The notes beneath the pieces are model-generated. The model saw only the letters and a list, made by a program, of their open reading frames with translations, was not told where the DNA came from and searched no databases. A DNA stretch of 63,471 bases, filler included, from Choristocarpus tenellus KU-1152 (Eukaryota > Protista > Phaeophyceae): assembly GCA_964200185.2 (NCBI GenBank). It is 10 parts of 10 records of this genome, joined end to end, with 100 filler letters (N's around TTAATTAATTAA, not from the genome) between each part and the next. Parts side by side here need not be neighbours in the genome. Positions count along the whole stretch, not along the records: positions 52,851 to 60,688 come from CAXNAD020005505.1; positions 60,789 to 63,471 come from CAXNAD020025683.1; 8 more parts are not named here. One strand, 5' to 3'. This document shows positions 57,001 to 63,471 of the stretch, in pieces (position 1 is the first letter of the stretch; each line of letters starts with the position of its first letter). Made by a program: the position numbers and the translations under genes.

Positions 57001-59548
57001 TCGCGAGACCTGGGGTGATGTTTGGGGTTGGTCATGCTTGGGTTGAATGGGAGTTGTGAGTCCTCAATAATACCTGTAAGGACTAAAACAGAAAGGGTAG
57101 CTGTGGCCATGTGACTAACAGCAGCAGCACTATGATGTTGAGTCGAAACTAGAAAACCTACTAGAGGTCCTTATCATAGTAGAGCTCTACGTCCTGGGTG
57201 TACTAGTGTACTTGGAGTAGTATTCCGGTAGTCTGGGGCTCGCTCTCTGCCTTCACTTTTTTCGGACTGAGACTGCTAGAAAGGCAGTATACCTAATCAC
57301 CCTAAATCAGTTAGTGCTTTTTTTTTCTGTCCTTCGTGCCATGGGTAGCCTACAGAGATGTTCAGCTGTGCAACAAGAAATACTACTTATAAAGGAACCT
57401 AGCCCTACCCAACACAGTACCTGGAGAAGAACGTCAGGTTGCAAAGAAGTGAAAGGATCAACCGTGAAGGAGTGGACCAGATGAAATGCATGGTACAGGT
57501 CAGCCAGGCGAGAGTGCTCATTCGCCAGTTCCAGTGCCTGCTGTGCCTCTTCTTTGAAAACTTTCACTGCGGGCAATCTCCACCGGTATTTTTGGTTGGG
57601 GTAGCAACAAGGGAAGGGTAAGGAGACTGCTTGAAACCGGTAATCAAAAGTAGAAGGAGTAGGCCTAGAGGGCCAGGAGGAAATTTCTTCAAGATAATTT
57701 CAGTGTTTGCTTGTCTTATGCGTGTGTTGTTGTATGGTGTGTTAAACAAGATAAAGCTCATGTGTGTAGTACTTGAGAAAGAGGTGGCGTGAGAAAGGAT
57801 AGAGAACACATGATGGATGCCCCCATTGGCCTTTTACCAAGGGCATACGAAAGTACCAAGTCGGGCCACCCTCTGTGTGAATACTTCATGGTGGAAGGAT
57901 GCTTGTGTGCCCATTTGCATGGTACAAAACAAGAGTAGGGCTCTCCTATGGTAATTTCGGCCAACTGCCTTATGCCAAGTGTTGCCCTAACCCCAAGAAT
58001 CGACTAGAGTTACATAGGAGTAACTACAGAAAGATGTGCAACAAGGATTTCATCAGTATTCCTACTGCCACAGAAAATGAAGTGATAGAATGAGGGAAGA
58101 GAAGAGAGGGAAAAGGTTGAAGTCAACACTCTCAGGGTGTCACATTATAACAGACAAAACATCATGAGCATGTAACACACATTGCTGATGTGTTCAGGAG
58201 TTGGGTGCACAATGTAAGTCAATTATAGGTCATCGCTGCAACCTGTTTTGTTGCTCTGGGGTGGGCTCAACAAGAAAAGGGTATAGCGGGATTTTGCCAT
58301 ATAGACCGTAGTCTGCAGTGAACATCTGAGGCTAGGAAAAACTACATGGAGCTGACTCCTCACCCGCCCTTCACTTCCTCCTCATCAGCTGCTTCATTAG
58401 CGACCTTTGCAGCAGTCCGTGCCTCATTGGAAGAGCTCCAATAGTAGTAGGCCACATCATCAAAGCGGGTCTTTATCACTGAGTTGTGACTGCAAGGAAT
58501 AAAGGGAAAAAATGTCCGTGCAAGGTTTGAGGTTGGGCATTGGAGGGTTGGGTTTTGCTAATGATAATGAGCTTGATATTTAGCACTGGCTGCAGTATAT
58601 TGGGAAGGTTGAATTTAAAGTTTCTTGGTGGGTCGGACTGAAGCAGGTTTGTGGAGAGAGCGAGAACTGCAGTAAACAACCGTGTGAGAGCAGTAGCAGC
58701 ATGATTCACCTGGTTCTGCTCATGTCTTGATGAGATAAAATGTTATTGCGTACAACAGGATCTTTCTCCAGAGAGTGTGCTGGATAAGCATCCCGCTAGC
58801 AAGTGAGGAGTGAGGTGAGGCTGATTGCCCATCATAATTTAAGAAATTGCAGTACGCCAACAAAGTGGATTTTCTATTCCAAAATAGATGATAGGCTGCT
58901 TGCTCGGGCTCCAAATACCTATTTTCACCACCTAACTGTGTCAGGAGAAGTCTCGGACTTGTTTATATCTGAACAAATCAGTGTTTTCAACGCATTGATA
59001 TCCTCTTCTGATAAAAACATTGTGTAGGAAAACAAGTACTGGCACACTCAGCTATTCATCACTCAACACAGTGTGAGGAAGAATAAGAGCAATTCAGAAG
59101 TACTGTCCCAAGCTCCATACTTCAAAGAGCCAACTATATATGAGAGGTATCTAGATTTCTTTTTTTCATTTCAAGCATTTCTTTTCATCTATTTGCATTT
59201 CTGTGGATGAAGTGCTAAGATTGACTAGAGAGCATTGGCTCCCTTTTGGCTAAAACGTTTTGGCAGAATTCAGAAAATTCGTTACAGGTATCTTGTACAA
59301 AAAAACGAATTTTGAACTTTGTCACCATCCAAAAAATACTCACTTAAGACTTTGGAGTTTGCTGTAGGCACTCACATAATACGTCCCATCATTGCCCTGC
59401 TGAGATCTCGCCTCCCTGCCTTTAAGTATGCCCCAAGGGCGTCATCAAACCGACCTTTACCCTCCAGCCACCGCGCATAAGGTAGGAATAGTCGCTTGTC
59501 GAATTTACCAGCATGTTCCTCGCTCAGCTTCACTGCCTCCGTCCAGTT
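54029..59548 (-). CDS. IFT122: Intraflagellar transport protein 122 (IFT-A), internal fragment; exons 59548-59376, 58489-58364, 57577-57421, 57009-56920, 55758-55645, 54291-54029
   Basis: LFLPYARWL...RFDDA..AY.KAGR; RFDDVAYYYW; LADLYHAF...DPF; SRFLINSL...GIS....LYTLAKQ|AKILGAFKLARFAYDRL; AKP.RD..ELL..C.RC...NPLLN...C..CR..F.RSF. All six exons join in frame via GT-AG. Confidence 0.93.
54453..54710. mobile_element. MITE family B, diverged, in IFT122 intron
   Basis: GACCCAAAGCATTTCAGAGGGTAG ... CTACCCTCTTAAATGCTTTGGGTC; internal similarity to other B copies. Confidence 0.8.
56601..56861. mobile_element. MITE family B, complete, TSD AACC, in IFT122 intron
   Basis: AAGTGAAAGTATCTTGGAGGG ... CCCTCTAAGGTACTTTGGCTC; AACC at 56597-56600 and 56862-56865. 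Confidence 0.88.
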
Positions 59549-59842
59549 CTAGATGAAGAGGCCCAGGGAGATAACAAGAGGAAAGCGGTGAGGTATGTCT
59601 GAATAAGGTGAGTGGCAGTGGCCAGGGTTGAGTCGACTCAAACACACAACAAGGGAAAGTCATCGTACAAAACTATGGCCAGCAGTAGACCGCATAGCAA
59701 AGGATGTGGTACCCCTATCATGCCAGTGTGTATCGTGCTGTCAAGATGTGTGGTGTAACAGATTTATACCCAGTCCTTAGACGTTGCTACGGTGTGAGAC
59801 AGTGCAGGAAGAATGTTGTGTGTATGGAATAGTTGTTTCATT

Positions 59843-60364
59843 GAGTGAAAGTACCTTAGAGGGTACGAGTTTTGCCCTGTTTGTCCATTTGGGGCTTGGC
59901 TTCCCAGTGGTTCTTGTATGGCATTTTCCTACTCCAAAATATTTAGGAGTAGGTAAAGTGTGTATGTCGTGAAAAGGTGTGTCCAGAAAATGGATATTGA
60001 CACTTCTTAACAAACACGATAGCCAAAATTAAATCAAAATCGAGTGAAAATATCTTAGAGGGTACGAGTTTTGTGCTGTTTGTCCATCTGGGGCTTGCCT
60101 TCCCTTGGGGTTTTTTATGACATTTTCCTACTCCAAAATATTTCGGCGAAGGTAAAATGAATTTGTTATGAAAAGGTGTGCCTAGAACTAGGATATTGAC
60201 ACTTCCTAACAAACACAATAGCCAAAATTACATCAAAGTTGCAACATTGGATTTTGACCCCCAAATGGACGCGGCTCTACCCTCTAAGATACTTTGGCTC
60301 AATCGCAACATTGGATTTTGGCCCCCAAATGGACGCGGCTCTACCCTCTAAGATACTTCCGCTC
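59843..60364. mobile_element. Nested MITE family B: inner copy 60042-60300 (TSD AATC) inside outer copy
   Basis: The outer copy stops at 60041 and resumes at 60301. The inner copy has both TIRs and AATC on both sides. Confidence 0.88.
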
Positions 60365-60523
60365 ATTGCCCTAGATCATTGTGCATGTCGGACTACTGCC
60401 ATACACATACAGGAGTTGAATACTTGCGTGGATTGACGAGGTATTGAAAAATCTGTTGATGAGTTACGTTGATGAGTATATAGAGCAGTTATGGCATCAT
60501 GTAGGGTTGTATTTTTTAAACAT

Positions 60524-60688
60524 GGCTCAAAGTATCTTGGGGGGGGGGGTGGCAGCTGTTCATTTGGGGTCCATTTTTCCATGTCTCGATTTTTTTGGTG
60601 ATTTGGCTGCATGCATCAGATGTATAATATTAGTCCGCTTTTCCTGGTCAGGGCCCGAATGGACACCCTGGTGTAGACCCCCTCCCCC
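60524..60688. mobile_element. MITE family A, truncated by spacer (other partial ends at 36027-36047, 45972-46060, 49415-49454)
   Basis: GGCTCAAAGTATCTTGGGGG...ggacaccctggtgtagacccc shared with other A copies. Confidence 0.85.
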
Positions 60689-63255
60689 NNNNNNNNNNNN
60701 NNNNNNNNNNNNNNNNNNNNNNNNNNNNNNNNTTAATTAATTAANNNNNNNNNNNNNNNNNNNNNNNNNNNNNNNNNNNNNNNNNNNNGGGATTGGGCGG
60801 TATGCATGTGACAGGGCATTCCAAAATGTTTCAACACACCATGCTACCTTATCACACCTGGAGACTCAACAGTCTACCATCAAAATATTTATTGCTTGAC
60901 ACATGAAATTTGACAACAGCACTGGGAGAGTCAGGACGGAAAGGTTTGTACAGCTTCGTCCTGGTATTGTTGTATAGAAGTCTTCCCTGAGGCACAACTA
61001 TATCCAGTGTTCCATGAGGGAGGAAGAAGGGTTCAGCAGCTCAACTTGGTATCGCGTCAACACATTGTTGCTTGCTCCAAAAAACGATTGATGGACCAAT
61101 GCCGTACTACAGTAGCAAGAGTTCTTCAGTATCAGGAAAAATAACTCACTAACATCAACATACAAAACTTTGGTGCTTGCATGAAAAACCTTCACCAACA
61201 ACAAATACAAAAGGCTAGAAAATGCACAACAACATTGCCAAACGACAAGTGTACTGTCTGTCGTACTATAAAACAAGATGTGGGGGGAGAGGAGCCACAG
61301 GTGGTGTAGTATTAAGGCAAGGCTTCATCTTCTTATTTCCTTTGTGCAAAAAAGTAGAAAAAGGGACAAACACCAAATATGTAAAATGGAACCCACATTA
61401 TGATGTAGATAAGGTGGGAAAATAGCACAGGAAGTTCCATTTGAGGAAACATTGACTTGTCAACTAAAATCAGAAGAGAGAGTAGGAAAAGGGAAAAGGA
61501 GGGACCAAGAAAGAAGAGGGAAGCAGACTATAAACAAAGGTGAAAGCTTACTGAGTGCGCAATCTTGAGGGCATGTGCCTCAGAGGCTTCACGGGCCTTT
61601 CCCTCAAGGCGTTGAGGAGTCGTCCTGACCTTCACCCTGCCAAGAACACAACGGATTCAATGCATAGGTTTGTTGGTTTGTGGAACTTGATATGTGTGTG
61701 TGTGGTATATGTGGAGGGGGGGGGGGGTGAGTGTGATCAAATTAATTGAATTGTATGAATGGAACAATAAACTTGGAATACCATTCTGCTGGTTAGGACT
61801 TTGGGCAACTTTGAACACCCCAAAAACATATATGTGGCCATGAGCGTCCTCCGCAAGTGATGGGGTGAAAGAGCTTCAAACTTCTAGATCTTGGCTAAGC
61901 CCATCCACCATCTTCTGATCGTTCCTATGACACAGTCAGGCTCAGAGCACACAGTCTTCAGCTTTTGGGGCAAAACATAAATTGAGAAAAGTCTTCAAGA
62001 TCTGAAAAAGGTAGAGTCGAAAAAGAGCACACAATTTAGAGCACCTGAAAATAAAAACATACAGTAGGGTCCCTCACCAGTCATGGGGCTTGTTAGCATT
62101 GTGGTAACTCATGCATACACCTTGATTGAAATCAAGTACATGGATTCAAGTATCATCTGATTTCGTTCACTCCTGTCCAAATATATAGTCCACAACACTA
62201 GGCCTGGCCTTTTCGAAGCAAAACCTCAAGATCAATTAGGAGCTTTAAACCATATCGAGACAAACAGGACACTACAACCACCCCGTGCAGCTCTAACCCA
62301 CCCAAGCATCCTTTTCACACAACCATCAACAGTTCCTGTACATATGCTCTCTTCTTTTAGTGTATTCTGCCACTGAGAAAGACAAGGAAAAGCAAAAAGC
62401 AGAGGAGCACAGTCAGTGTTAAGGAAGAAGGGAATCTATCTGTGTAAGTCAATCACCTCTTCATCAAATCGAGGATGCCCTCATGGTTTGGCATGTGCAT
62501 CTGTGACCCAGCAGACAAAGTGGTCTTGACTGGCAGTGACCGGGCTGCAGAGAAGTCATGGGACGGTAGAGATCTCTCACTTGCTCTTTGCCAAGCCTTG
62601 CTTCCCCGACCTCCCCTTTGTGAAAGGATAGATCTTGCCGGCTCAAGTACATTGCCACCCCTGTCGGTGAGGGGGGGGGTATGTTAGGGTTCCCTGTAAA
62701 CAATATTCTATCTGCAATGCGAGAGTCGACAACTTGCAACCCGGGACCCTTTTACAACTACTCCAATGCCTCACTAGGCACAGAAATTTCGTAGGACACC
62801 TAACCATGGCCTCTTCTTTTTGGACACGGGGCAGGTCAACTCTTGGAGATATCATGGTGTATGTTCTGGAGGCACAACTGACTGATTGAAACGACTGTGC
62901 AATGTCCCTTCAACAGAGTCGAACCAATTGGGAGGTGGGCATGGTTGCATCTTGGAGAACCTGAAAAAAGGCAAGAAGACACTGTACAATTGCAGAAGAA
63001 TGTCTTGAGTTTAGTTGTGGTGTCACCTTGTGTGTGGAAAGGGGGAGTATCTTTTTATATACACTTTTGTTCACTAGAGCAACAAAATAGAGTGTATTGC
63101 ACAGGGTAAGAATGATGGTTTGGGTTGCGAAAGCGTCCAAACTTGCCTACCTCTCATTTACTTTGGTCCAACAGTGACAAAATAAGCGATTTGAGCGCTT
63201 TGGCGGGGATTTACACATTCCTTTAGATGGAGAAATGTCTAGAGTTCCCCCAAGA

Positions 63256-63437
63256 AGCTCAAGTTATCTAGGGGGGGGGTGGCAGCTGTCCATTTGGGGA
63301 CAATTTTTGCATGTCACGATTTTGGGTGATTTGGTTGTATACGTCGGATGTATAATGTATGTGCACTTTTCCTGGTTATGACCCAAATGGACACCCTGGT
63401 GTAGACCCTCCCCCCACTCCCCTCAGATATTTTGGTC
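63256..63437. mobile_element. MITE family A, complete (flanks AAGA/GAGA)
   Basis: AGCTCAAGTTATCTAGGGGG ... CCCTCAGATATTTTGGTC; internal match to 53379-53557. Confidence 0.85.
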
Positions 63438-63471
63438 GAGACTTAGATGAAAGTCCTTAGGTGACCCTCCC

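Noticed and set aside
60789-63250. Exon-like minus-strand segments in the last contig
   Set aside because: Plausible splice sites exist, but I could not build a consistent frame or recognise a protein.

Overview
This is eukaryotic nuclear DNA. It is made of 10 short contigs joined by artificial 100-bp spacers (N-TTAATTAATTAA-N), so adjacency across a spacer is not biological. GT-AG introns, a signal-peptide-plus-F bipartite plastid presequence and an IFT gene point to a photosynthetic stramenopile, probably a brown alga or relative (inference). Recognisable spliced genes are GRWD1/RRB1, a WCRKC thioredoxin, FHIP/FAM160, a PPR-SMR-like protein, SmF, TPI (partial), the PA200/PSME4 last exon and IFT122 (partial). 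An intronless 491-aa ORF carries a stand-alone dynein microtubule-binding-like domain. Intergenic and intronic DNA is full of transposon debris: an RLE-type non-LTR element (2 copies), a PIF/Harbinger remnant, a Gypsy integrase remnant, and two related MITE families with 4-bp target duplications (Sola-like), one copy nested in another. The most unusual items are (1) an AT-rich bacterial IS5/IS1031-type transposase tail joined without a gap to host retroelement DNA at the window start, and (2) the motorless dynein-MTBD gene lying head-to-head with the dynein-adaptor gene FHIP. I cannot demonstrate a wholly new biological system from sequence alone; these two are the best candidates.
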